Shown one piece after another: positions 1-8,140 of a stretch of DNA of 64,000 nt. This DNA comes from Gammaproteobacteria bacterium. GTDB taxonomy: Bacteria > Pseudomonadota > Gammaproteobacteria > Pseudomonadales > Pseudohongiellaceae. How positions within the stretch are numbered: the first letter of the stretch is position 1; each line of letters starts with the position of its first letter. Below the pieces are notes generated by a model. The model ran no database searches. It was not told where the DNA came from and saw nothing but the letters and a program-made list of their open reading frames with translations. The stretch covers positions 6,114 through 70,113 of the forward strand of contig JAQWOJ010000024.1 of the NCBI GenBank assembly GCA_029245905.1, read 5' to 3'. Made by a program: the position numbers and the translations under genes.

Positions 1-533
1 ATATCGAATAAGAAGCCACATTACGATCTTGGAAGGAATCAGAAAGGATCCCAATTTAGCCAGGCAATCAAAACCGTTTTGACGAGTGCCCACCTCATAA
101 TAAATTGATTCATCTAGTAATTTGGATTACAAGTCCAACTAACAATCAAGAAGACTCACCCTAGTCGCACTGATTTAAAGATGAGTGGGATATAGTTAGA
201 TAGTTTCTCGGCGGAACTCCTTAACCATTTTTTAGCTCCACTTTTTAAAGATATAAAGCATTGTTTTTACTATTAAATATCGAGTATTTAGCGATAGACT
301 ATTCGCAAATCTGATGGCGCAGTCCAACTTTAACTGGTACGATTCAGGCTTGGTTGAGAGCTGAGCCTCCATTAATCGCATTAAATTTGCAGTTGGTCCC
401 TACGAGACGATGCAAACTTTGTGCGCAAGGCCAAATTTCCGGTACAATTTAAGTCAAATTTTGTGGGAGCACCTGTTTAGTAGGATTTTAGAGTCAAACT
501 GGCTTTAAAGTGGACTATCAAAGGAATCAAAAA

Positions 534-1130
534 ATGAAGCGGTTTAACAAACTATTCTTTCCTTGCGCTATGGCTATTTCAGCTCTCACTGCCACAGCCG
601 ACGATTGGCTTCGGTCAATGCCTGAGTTCGAACTTACTGACCATCTTGGAGAGATTCACACCCTAGAGACCTATAGGGACTATGAACTGGCTGTCTTCTA
701 CGTCCAAGGCGTGGGTTGTCCAATTGCCCGTATTGCATTACCCAACTATCGTGAAGTTCGCGACGAATATACGGGCAAAAACGTTGCTTTCACTATGTTC
801 AATTCAAACATCCAAGACAATATTCCGAGAATCGCTAAAGAGGCGCGTGAGTTTGATATAGACTTTCCGATAATGAAAGACGAAGGCCAGCAGCTAGCCA
901 AGGCTCTTGGGGTCGAACGAACCGCTGAAGCTTTTGTCATCAACCCCAAGACAAAAGAAGTTTTATATCGCGGTCCAATCAACGACCAACTCGGGTATGA
1001 AACTCAGAGAAACAACGCTAATCAGTGGTACCTAAAAGACGCTCTAGACAAAATTCTTGCTGGAGAACCGGTTGATATGGACCAAATCCCAGATTCCAAA
1101 GGTTGCCTTGTCGCTATATTTAATACCTAA
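534..1130 (+). CDS. Secreted thioredoxin-fold (AhpC/TSA/redoxin-like) protein lacking a CxxC pair
   Basis: ORF 510-1130. The preferred start is the ATG at 534 (MKRFNKL) with AAGGA upstream. The N-terminus looks like a signal peptide (FFPCAMAISALTATA). The layout is redoxin-like (FELTD..G..HTL, VFYVQGVGCPIAR, FPIMKDE..LAKALGVERTAEAFVI), but only one Cys sits where CxxC is expected. It is colinear with the N-terminal module of the 8136-9824 protein. Confidence 0.6.
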   Translation: MKRFNKLFFPCAMAISALTATADDWLRSMPEFELTDHLGEIHTLETYRDYELAVFYVQGVGCPIARIALPNYREVRDEYTGKNVAFTMFNSNIQDNIPRIAKEAREFDIDFPIMKDEGQQLAKALGVERTAEAFVINPKTKEVLYRGPINDQLGYETQRNNANQWYLKDALDKILAGEPVDMDQIPDSKGCLVAIFNT

Positions 1131-1324
1131 CACAGATGGGAAAGCGGTTTACGAAATCGGGTAAGTTATATAGGCACCCTCTCAAGCAAGGATATTGCTG
1201 CGCACTCGCTCGAAATAATTTGCCGGGAAACCCTAGCAAACAACTAGCTCAAATTCTAACACCGTTGTACGAGCATCCATATAATACTAATAAAGTTAGC
1301 ACGAACAATAAATCGCGCTTAACC

Positions 1325-1356
1325 AAAGACGCTCTCTCTTTTTCGTCGTCTTTTTT
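1325..1356 (+). terminator. Weak terminator-like hairpin in the redoxin/RND intergenic region
   Basis: AAAGACG, a 15-nt loop and CGTCTTT are followed by TTT. The element lies about 200 nt after the stop at 1130. Confidence 0.3.
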
Positions 1357-1484
1357 ATAACACAACAGAAAGCATCGTTCCCGAAGAAATGATAGATCGT
1401 TATGGTTGAGTAGTCTTTCTAGCTAATGATATCGATATTTTTAGAACTGAAAAATTTAGCCTCCAAAGAAATAGTGATAACCCA

Positions 1485-3812
1485 GTGAATTCTAGTAACT
1501 ACAAATCACCTTTATCAAAGAAAATAGCCGAATTTATCGTCAAAAACCGATTTCCTTTAGCAGTGCTAGCAGTAGTTATAACTTGCTCATTTGCCACCGG
1601 CATTCTAAGAACGAATTTTGACGCCTCACTTAGTGCATTACTAACCGAAAGTGATCCGTACCTTGAAGAACTCGATTTGATGCAAAAGGCTTTCCCATCA
1701 AATGGGGAGATACGCTTCGCATTCGTTGCCAATACTGGCAGTACAATTTTTGAGACATCAACGCTAAATGCAATTTCAGACCTTAAAGAGAAATTTGCTG
1801 TAATACCGAAAACACGCGGTATAACTACTATACTTGAATTTATTTCTCCAGAGACTCAGAGACGTTTATTCATCAAGTCACTCGACGAATATACCGACAG
1901 CGAACTAATCGATCTGGGTAACACTGCAACGACTGATCGGCTTCTGACGACCAATCTATTATCTCAGAGTGGGACTCTAACGTTTGCTATTATTAATGTT
2001 GATACACAGAGTGCCTCAAATTCGGAAAGGCTCGAGATCGCGAACGCAATCATCAGCCTGCAAGAAGAACTTAGAATTTCGAACCCCGACGTCAATTTAT
2101 TTGCGAATGCGGAGGTGCTTCTCGAACAATCCAGCCAACAAGACATGCTCGATGACCTTACCCGCTTAATGCCTCTTGTGATTTTACTTTGTGTACTAGT
2201 AATTTGCTTCTGCTTTAGATCCTTTACGATAGGAGCCTGCATCCTTTCCCATGTCGGATTAACAATTGTTAGCACCGTCGGTGCATTGGGTTATCTTGAT
2301 TTCGCTTTCAATAATATATCTGTAATTGCTCCTTTAGTAGTTGTTATTATCTCGGTAGCAAACAGCGTCCACATTATCTCCGTCTTCAAACAAGCTCTTA
2401 ACAAAGGCCTGTCTAAGAAAGAAGCAATTACATTGAGCATGGCCTGCAATCTTCAGCCTATTTCACTTGCAGCATTAACGACGGCAATCGGTTTTTCGTC
2501 TCTCAATATGTCCTCATCTCCCGCGATAGAAGATTTTGGGCAAATTGTTTCACTGGGAATCGTGTTTGCTTACGCACTAACGCTGTTGACGCTCCCCACC
2601 CTATTGACCCTAATAACGAATCAAGGGCGGGAGCGTTCCAAAACCAATGCGTCTTTTTTGCAACCACAATTGGAAAAAGTTATAGACTTTACTAGTCAAC
2701 ATGATAGAAAGATATTTATAAGCTGCTCCTTTTTAGCCATAGTTACGCTTCTTTTACTTCCGCTTAATGAAACCGATTTTAATCGCCTCGACTTCATAGC
2801 CTCCGACTCGGACATTAGCGAATACTACGATGCCGTAAGCGAAAATATGAACCGCGGACTAAGTCTTGCCTATGGGATTGACACTGAAATACAAGAGGGA
2901 GCTCTTAACCCCCTTTTCTTAAAAAAGGTTGATGATTTTACAGGATGGGTTGCAAAGCAACAGAGTGTCGAATCGGTGATTAGTTTGGCAGAAGTACTAA
3001 AAACCATCAACAGGATCGTCAATGACGACAAGAAAAATACATTCCACCTCCCAGAAAATATAGAGACGAATAGAAATTACCTGAATGCCTACCGCACCGT
3101 CGAGGCTAACTATTTGCCGTTATCTAGTTTTGTTAATGAAGATAATTCAATTATTTCTTTTGTAGTAAATGCATCTTCGATGTCTAATCAAGAAATGATA
3201 GATCTCGATAACGTTATCACGGAAAAGTTCTCCAACATATTTAGCTCCGCAAATCTTATTCATGGCAGTGGCGTACTGCTCTTTGCGAGGATGGACGAAC
3301 TTGTTACGATAGAATTGTTACAAGGATATTCGATCAGTTTACTTCTGATAACTCTATGCCTGATCTTTGGATTCAAAAGTATTTATTTTGGTTTTTTGAG
3401 TGTTATTCCAAATTTACTGCCAGCGACAATAGTCTTTGGTTTCTGGGCATTATTAGTTGGCCAACTAGACCCATTTGTCATGATGCTATTTAGTATAAGT
3501 ATTGGGCTAGTGGTAGATGATACGGTCCACATATTGAGCCATTATCTGGAAAGCCGACGTGAAGGTAAGTCTAAAGATACTGCGATAGCATATTCTATTA
3601 AAGTCGCAGGACCAGCTTTAACGATAACAACGCTCGTTCTAGCTTTGGGAACAACGGTCCTAATTTTCGCAAACACGATTTACTTTCAACAATCGGCAAA
3701 GTTGCTTGTTCCAATTGTTATATTGGCTCTAATCCTTGATCTTCTCTACTTGCCTTCAATTCTTAAACGCTTTGATAATAGGTTTAAAACGCAAGAAGTT
3801 ATGACTTCTTAA
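1485..3812 (+). CDS. RND-superfamily / MMPL-type membrane exporter
   Basis: 775-aa ORF with a GTG start. It has two blocks of hydrophobic helices, each preceded by a large soluble loop. A second-half TM segment (SIGLVVDDTVHILSHY) resembles the RND charged-relay helix. The architecture is typical of MMPL/HpnN-like exporters. Confidence 0.7.
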   Translation: MNSSNYKSPLSKKIAEFIVKNRFPLAVLAVVITCSFATGILRTNFDASLSALLTESDPYLEELDLMQKAFPSNGEIRFAFVANTGSTIFETSTLNAISDLKEKFAVIPKTRGITTILEFISPETQRRLFIKSLDEYTDSELIDLGNTATTDRLLTTNLLSQSGTLTFAIINVDTQSASNSERLEIANAIISLQEELRISNPDVNLFANAEVLLEQSSQQDMLDDLTRLMPLVILLCVLVICFCFRSFTIGACILSHVGLTIVSTVGALGYLDFAFNNISVIAPLVVVIISVANSVHIISVFKQALNKGLSKKEAITLSMACNLQPISLAALTTAIGFSSLNMSSSPAIEDFGQIVSLGIVFAYALTLLTLPTLLTLITNQGRERSKTNASFLQPQLEKVIDFTSQHDRKIFISCSFLAIVTLLLLPLNETDFNRLDFIASDSDISEYYDAVSENMNRGLSLAYGIDTEIQEGALNPLFLKKVDDFTGWVAKQQSVESVISLAEVLKTINRIVNDDKKNTFHLPENIETNRNYLNAYRTVEANYLPLSSFVNEDNSIISFVVNASSMSNQEMIDLDNVITEKFSNIFSSANLIHGSGVLLFARMDELVTIELLQGYSISLLLITLCLIFGFKSIYFGFLSVIPNLLPATIVFGFWALLVGQLDPFVMMLFSISIGLVVDDTVHILSHYLESRREGKSKDTAIAYSIKVAGPALTITTLVLALGTTVLIFANTIYFQQSAKLLVPIVILALILDLLYLPSILKRFDNRFKTQEVMTS

Positions 3813-3856
3813 ACAAAAGCATTATTATGCGCAACATTCAAAGAGGGAGAATCGTA

Positions 3857-4348
3857 ATGAAAAAAACTGCCAAAAGACTGACTAAAGCAACACTCGCTTT
3901 AATACTCTTAATATTTGGAGTAATACCTATGACCACTGCTCAATCGCCTGATAGCGATCTAGAATCTGAATTTCTCATGGAACTCTTGTTGGACGTTGAA
4001 CCGCAGCTCGATGCTGGTCACACATCGATTGCGCCCATAACCGGCGGGTCTTTTGCAGGTGCAAAATTAGCCGGTAGCGTTCACGATGGTGGCGCCGACT
4101 GGATTACCCAAGTTTCAGGACATAGTAGTCTAGATGTCAGAATCACCTTAGAGACTGATGATGACGCAATTATCTACATGACTTATAAGGGCGTGGTAGC
4201 TCGTAGCGATGCCGGATTGTATTGGAGGGTAACACCCACGTTTAACACTTCGTCCGAAAAATATGATTGGTTAAATCATAAAGTGTTTGTCGGTAAATCT
4301 AAACAAGTGGAAGGAAAAGTCGCCTATGATATCTTCGAAATATTATAA
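3857..4348 (+). CDS. DUF3237-family secreted beta-barrel protein
   Basis: ORF 3827-4348. The preferred start is the ATG at 3857 (MKKTAKRL), preceded by AGAGGGAGA. A signal peptide is present. The core (ITGGSFAGAKLAGSV..GGADW, IYMTYKGV) resembles DUF3237. It lies 14-44 nt downstream of the RND gene. Confidence 0.6.
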   Translation: MKKTAKRLTKATLALILLIFGVIPMTTAQSPDSDLESEFLMELLLDVEPQLDAGHTSIAPITGGSFAGAKLAGSVHDGGADWITQVSGHSSLDVRITLETDDDAIIYMTYKGVVARSDAGLYWRVTPTFNTSSEKYDWLNHKVFVGKSKQVEGKVAYDIFEIL

Positions 4349-4570
4349 GTAGCTTTTAGCCTGCTAGCGCAAGGATCGATAAGATTCCAAAGACCTTTTA
4401 GGGAAAAAGTTAGTTGTCGGAGAAATTTCCCATGATACAAGCAACTATTTAATCGGCTACTCGATTTTGATTCAAACACTATATTGCAATGATCGCATGA
4501 CGCTCGAGCTAATCGAAAGCTCGGCGCGATAACTTTTAAGACCGAAAACCACGTAAAGCTTTATCTATGA

Positions 4571-6082
4571 CTAAGACTCAGTCTGAGATCTGCGAATTTT
4601 TTCTAGATACAGATGAACATCACGCTTGACCACAGGGGCGAAAAAATATAATCCGATTATATTAGGTACAGAAATAAGGAAGACCATGGCATCGGAAAAA
4701 TCCAATACAGCCGTTAGTTGAATTGTGCTACCAAGCATTACGAAGCCGCAGAACACAACTTTAAAAGCTAGCTGCGCTTTTAGAGAATCGCCAACCAAAT
4801 ATAGCCACCCTTGCAATCCGTAGTAAGACCAAGCGAGGATAGTGGAGAAGGCGAACAATATGCCTGCAAGCGCTAGCGGATAGGGCGCCCAACTTATATG
4901 GTGTTCGAAGGCGGCTGACGTTAACTCTATTCCCTCCAACCCGGTCTCCATTAAGCCAGCAGGATAGGCTGTAGCAACGATGACCAGCGAACTTAGAGAA
5001 CATATCACAACTGTATCAATAAATGGTTCCAATAGAGACACAAGTCCCTCAGAGACAGGCTCGTCAGTTTGCACAGCTGAATGGGCGATGGATGCAGAAC
5101 CAATCCCCGCCTCGTTTGAAAAAACGGCGCGCTGAAATCCAATTATCATCGCGCCAACCATTCCGCCTGTAGCACTTTGCGAAGAGAAAGCATCAGAATT
5201 GATGAGGGCGATAGCCCCAGGTAAATACTCTGCACTCATCATGAGAATCGCCAACGCAGAAACAACGTAGAGAATGCCCATAAAAGGAACTATCTTGCTC
5301 GCTACCTTAGCGATAGAACGTATACCGCCAATAATGACTACACCAATCGTGATGCCCAGAATCAACCCAAAAAGCCAGCCTCGCTCACCAAAAAAACTTT
5401 GATCGCCTCCGGTTACATTTATAAATTGCACATACGCCTGATTTGACTGAAACATATTACCGATTCCGAGACACCCAATTACCAACGCTAGTGCATAGAA
5501 AGCGCCAAGAAGCTTACCAAGCCTTGGATATTGATGCTCAGCTAACAACATCTCCAAATAGTACATTGGGCCACCAGAAACTGAGCCATCTTTATTTATT
5601 CTGCGATACTTTACGCCTAACGTGCACTCCACAAGTTTAGTGGACATTCCCAAGAATCCCGCTAGGAATAACCAAAAAGCCGCACCTGGGCCACCCAGTC
5701 CAATTGCAACAGCGACCCCACCGATGTTGCCTATACCGACCGTCCCTGAAATTGCTGTAGACACCGCCTGAAAATGCGAGATCTCACCGTCGGCATTTGG
5801 ATCTTTATAATCGCCTTTAACAATTCTTAATGCATGACCAAAACCACGGAGATTTATGAATCCCAAATAGACAGTGAAAAATAATGCCGCTACCACAAGC
5901 CAAAGAACAATAACCGGCGCCGTCTGGCCAAGGAAATTAATCTCAAAAAAAACGATAGAAGACAACGTTGCAGCAAGTGGACCAACCCAAAGTTCTACGG
6001 TTTGGTCAAGCGACGCCGCAAACGTTGATCGCGTATTCATTAGTAGAGAAAGACTAAAAATAAAGGGTTGGCTAAATTGCAT
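4571..6082 (-). CDS. Alanine/glycine:cation symporter (AGCS family)
   Basis: 503-aa polytopic membrane ORF with the AGCS signature region FQAVSTAISGTVGIGNIGGVAVAIGLGGPGAAFWLFLAGFLGMSTK. The start is uncertain; an alternative ATG lies at 6040. Confidence 0.85.
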   Translation of the reverse strand: MQFSQPFIFSLSLLMNTRSTFAASLDQTVELWVGPLAATLSSIVFFEINFLGQTAPVIVLWLVVAALFFTVYLGFINLRGFGHALRIVKGDYKDPNADGEISHFQAVSTAISGTVGIGNIGGVAVAIGLGGPGAAFWLFLAGFLGMSTKLVECTLGVKYRRINKDGSVSGGPMYYLEMLLAEHQYPRLGKLLGAFYALALVIGCLGIGNMFQSNQAYVQFINVTGGDQSFFGERGWLFGLILGITIGVVIIGGIRSIAKVASKIVPFMGILYVVSALAILMMSAEYLPGAIALINSDAFSSQSATGGMVGAMIIGFQRAVFSNEAGIGSASIAHSAVQTDEPVSEGLVSLLEPFIDTVVICSLSSLVIVATAYPAGLMETGLEGIELTSAAFEHHISWAPYPLALAGILFAFSTILAWSYYGLQGWLYLVGDSLKAQLAFKVVFCGFVMLGSTIQLTAVLDFSDAMVFLISVPNIIGLYFFAPVVKRDVHLYLEKIRRSQTES

Positions 6083-6343
6083 AAAAATTAACTATTTGGT
6101 TAAAAATATCTCTCTATAACTAAAAAGTAAGATAGATGCTTTAAGATTGGGGATAGTTTACCTTACAATCTCGATATCTGCTGAAAGTTACAGCAATGAT
6201 TAATTATTCGACTGATAACGCCATTCCCTCTTGCAAAGGCTTTTTTCTGATTTAAACTCATTATGGGACAGCATTCATTTTGTAATAGGTCGTTTCGTAG
6301 GCCTTAAGTCAGGTTTAGGCCTTCAGCCGCTAGAGAAAACTTT

Positions 6344-7168
6344 ATGATTACTTCTAAACCAATGTCAGGCGCACTAGGCGCCGAAATCGCAGGCATCGAC
6401 CTAACTCTGCCTCTTTCCAAGCATGACTACAACAAAATCCGAAAATTACTTATCGAGCATGAGGTGATTTTTTTTCGAAACCAAGATATAAGCCCTGCGC
6501 AACAAAAAGCGCTCGCTGGTTCTTTTGGGCCGTTACAAACCCATCCCGCCTACGAAACTGTGGAAGGTTTTCCCGAAATAACAATCCTAGAAAGCACTGA
6601 AAAAAAGCCCACCAAGATTGAGGCTTGGCATAGCGATATGACTTTCCGCCTGCATCCACCCCTCGGCTCACTTCTTCGCTCAAAAATTATTCCAGATCGT
6701 GGCGGAGACACACTTTGGGCAAGTGCAACTGCGGCCTACGATGCCCTATCCAGTCGTATGCAACAATTCTTGGATGGTCTCATTGCAGTACACGACTTCC
6801 GACATGGATTTAAAGAAAGCCTGTCGGAAGAAGGTGGCCCTGAAAGGCTTGCTCAGGCAATTAAGGATAATCCACCTGTTGAACATCCTGTAATTCAAAT
6901 CCACCCAGAGAGCGGGAAGAAGGTTATCTTTGTCAACAGCTTGTTTACTACACATATTCTTGGGATGAAAAAAAATGAAAGCCGAGCGATACTAGACTTT
7001 TTATTCGAGCACCTAGTAACACCTGAATTCACTTGCCGCTTTAGTTGGGGACCAGACTGCGTCGCGCTGTGGGATAATCGCAGCACCCAGCACAAACCCA
7101 TAAATGACTACTTCCCAGCACACCGACAACTACACCGAATTACGATCTTTGGCGACATGCCCTATTAA
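6344..7168 (+). CDS. TauD/TfdA-family Fe(II)/2-oxoglutarate dioxygenase
   Basis: 274 aa. It has the HxD iron motif in WHSDMTF and the C-terminal LWDNRSTQH typical of taurine-dioxygenase-like enzymes. Confidence 0.85.
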   Translation: MITSKPMSGALGAEIAGIDLTLPLSKHDYNKIRKLLIEHEVIFFRNQDISPAQQKALAGSFGPLQTHPAYETVEGFPEITILESTEKKPTKIEAWHSDMTFRLHPPLGSLLRSKIIPDRGGDTLWASATAAYDALSSRMQQFLDGLIAVHDFRHGFKESLSEEGGPERLAQAIKDNPPVEHPVIQIHPESGKKVIFVNSLFTTHILGMKKNESRAILDFLFEHLVTPEFTCRFSWGPDCVALWDNRSTQHKPINDYFPAHRQLHRITIFGDMPY

Positions 7169-7201
7169 ATTGTATTTAGCATGATGTTGAATTGTTCTAT
7201 G

Positions 7202-7912
7202 TTAAGCCAAAGGAGGTGAAATGAAGTCTACTATCCATTTCCCTACCCCATAGGCATCAGTAGGTTGCTTAAGTGATCTTAGACCTTGCTCAAAGCAGCT
7301 CTCACCGACAATATGTCGCCGCAGTTCCAAGAGTGAGCCAGAGAATTCCGGTTTGAATTCCGGGTGTCCCTGCAAGGTCAGAATATGGTCTCCTATTTGT
7401 AACATAGAGTAAGGACAGAAATCACTTTTAGCAAGAATAACACTCTGGGGAGCTGGTACGACTATTTGATCCTGATGACTGCAAACTAGACTAAAGGTAT
7501 TTCCTTTCGCTCCATAGTCACTAGCCTTATTTGTAAATGTAGCTTGGTGTATACCCACCCCCCAACCCTTCTCAGATTTTCCAGTTATACCCCCTAGAAA
7601 ATGAGCTACCATTTGATGCCCAAAACAAATACCCACAAGTTTTTTCTTTTCTCGATGTAATCGCTGTATAAACTCCCCCAATTTTAGGATCCAAGCATCC
7701 GCATCATAGGCACTTGCCTTACTTCCAGTAATGATATAACCATCTACCTCATGAATATCCTCAGGATATTCTCCCAACACAATCTCGTAGGTGCGTAATT
7801 CAACGTCAGGGTCAGCATCAACCAAAACTTCTCGGAACATATCTGGATATTCACCGAATTGCCCTACCAATTCAGGTCGGACATCATCCGCTTTTAGTAT
7901 GCCGATTTTCAT
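7202..7912 (-). CDS. Class I glutamine amidotransferase-like protein
   Basis: ORF 7202-7936. The preferred start is the ATG at 7912 (MKIGILKADD). It has the nucleophile elbow GICFGHQM and GHPEF, as in GATase1/GuaA-like domains. Confidence 0.8.
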   Translation of the reverse strand: MKIGILKADDVRPELVGQFGEYPDMFREVLVDADPDVELRTYEIVLGEYPEDIHEVDGYIITGSKASAYDADAWILKLGEFIQRLHREKKKLVGICFGHQMVAHFLGGITGKSEKGWGVGIHQATFTNKASDYGAKGNTFSLVCSHQDQIVVPAPQSVILAKSDFCPYSMLQIGDHILTLQGHPEFKPEFSGSLLELRRHIVGESCFEQGLRSLKQPTDAYGVGKWIVDFISPPLA

Positions 7913-8118
7913 AAGTATACATTTTAGACTGGTCAAATATCGTTAAGAATCAACTCATAAACAAGCTGAAGGAGAGAGGGTTTGATTATGTTTTCAGGCT
8001 ATTATACCAATCGCGCAGATCTCACTCACAAAGTGACAAACCAAAAAATCTTTTAAAGCGAGCACCTAACAAATTATGGATTACTAGCCGTATAGAAAAC
8101 TATCAATTCAGCACGGGC

Positions 8119-8140
8119 AAAAACTAGCCATATGGCTAGT
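8119..8140 (-). terminator. Putative intrinsic terminator overlapping the stop codon of the 8136-9824 gene
   Basis: On the minus strand the sequence is ACTAGCC-ATAT-GGCTAGT (7-bp stem, 4-nt loop) followed by TTTT. On the plus strand the palindrome is ACTAGCCATATGGCTAGT at 8123-8140. Confidence 0.5.

Noticed and set aside
1-533. A 0.5-kb AT-rich stretch at the left edge has no ORF of 60 aa or more on either strand. I considered a structured RNA gene (tRNA, tmRNA, 4.5S, 6S), an attachment site or a pseudogene.
   Set aside because: I could not find cloverleaf-type stems, conserved RNA boxes, direct repeats or a decayed reading frame by eye. It is most simply an upstream or promoter region truncated by the window edge. 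Only a covariance-model scan could say more.
1136-1360. A 74-aa ORF lies in the redoxin/RND spacer.
   Set aside because: There is no convincing RBS, and the composition is basic and low-complexity with no recognisable motif. Its 3' end coincides with a hairpin and T run, so it is more likely non-coding.
6083-6343. I looked for a possible glycine riboswitch upstream of the alanine/glycine symporter, and noted a direct repeat TAGGCCTT (6298-6305 and 6316-6323) upstream of the TauD-like gene.
   Set aside because: No glycine-riboswitch core elements are visible on the minus strand. An 8-bp direct repeat alone is weak evidence for an operator.
7988-8056. A 22-codon plus-strand mini-ORF (MFSGYYTNRADLTHKVTNQKIF) with an upstream AGGAG-like stretch lies between two minus-strand genes. 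I considered it as a peptide substrate for the neighbouring copper monooxygenase.
   Set aside because: It is on the opposite strand to both neighbours. It has no C-terminal Gly as expected for a PHM-type substrate, and I cannot assess its conservation. It is too short to distinguish from chance.
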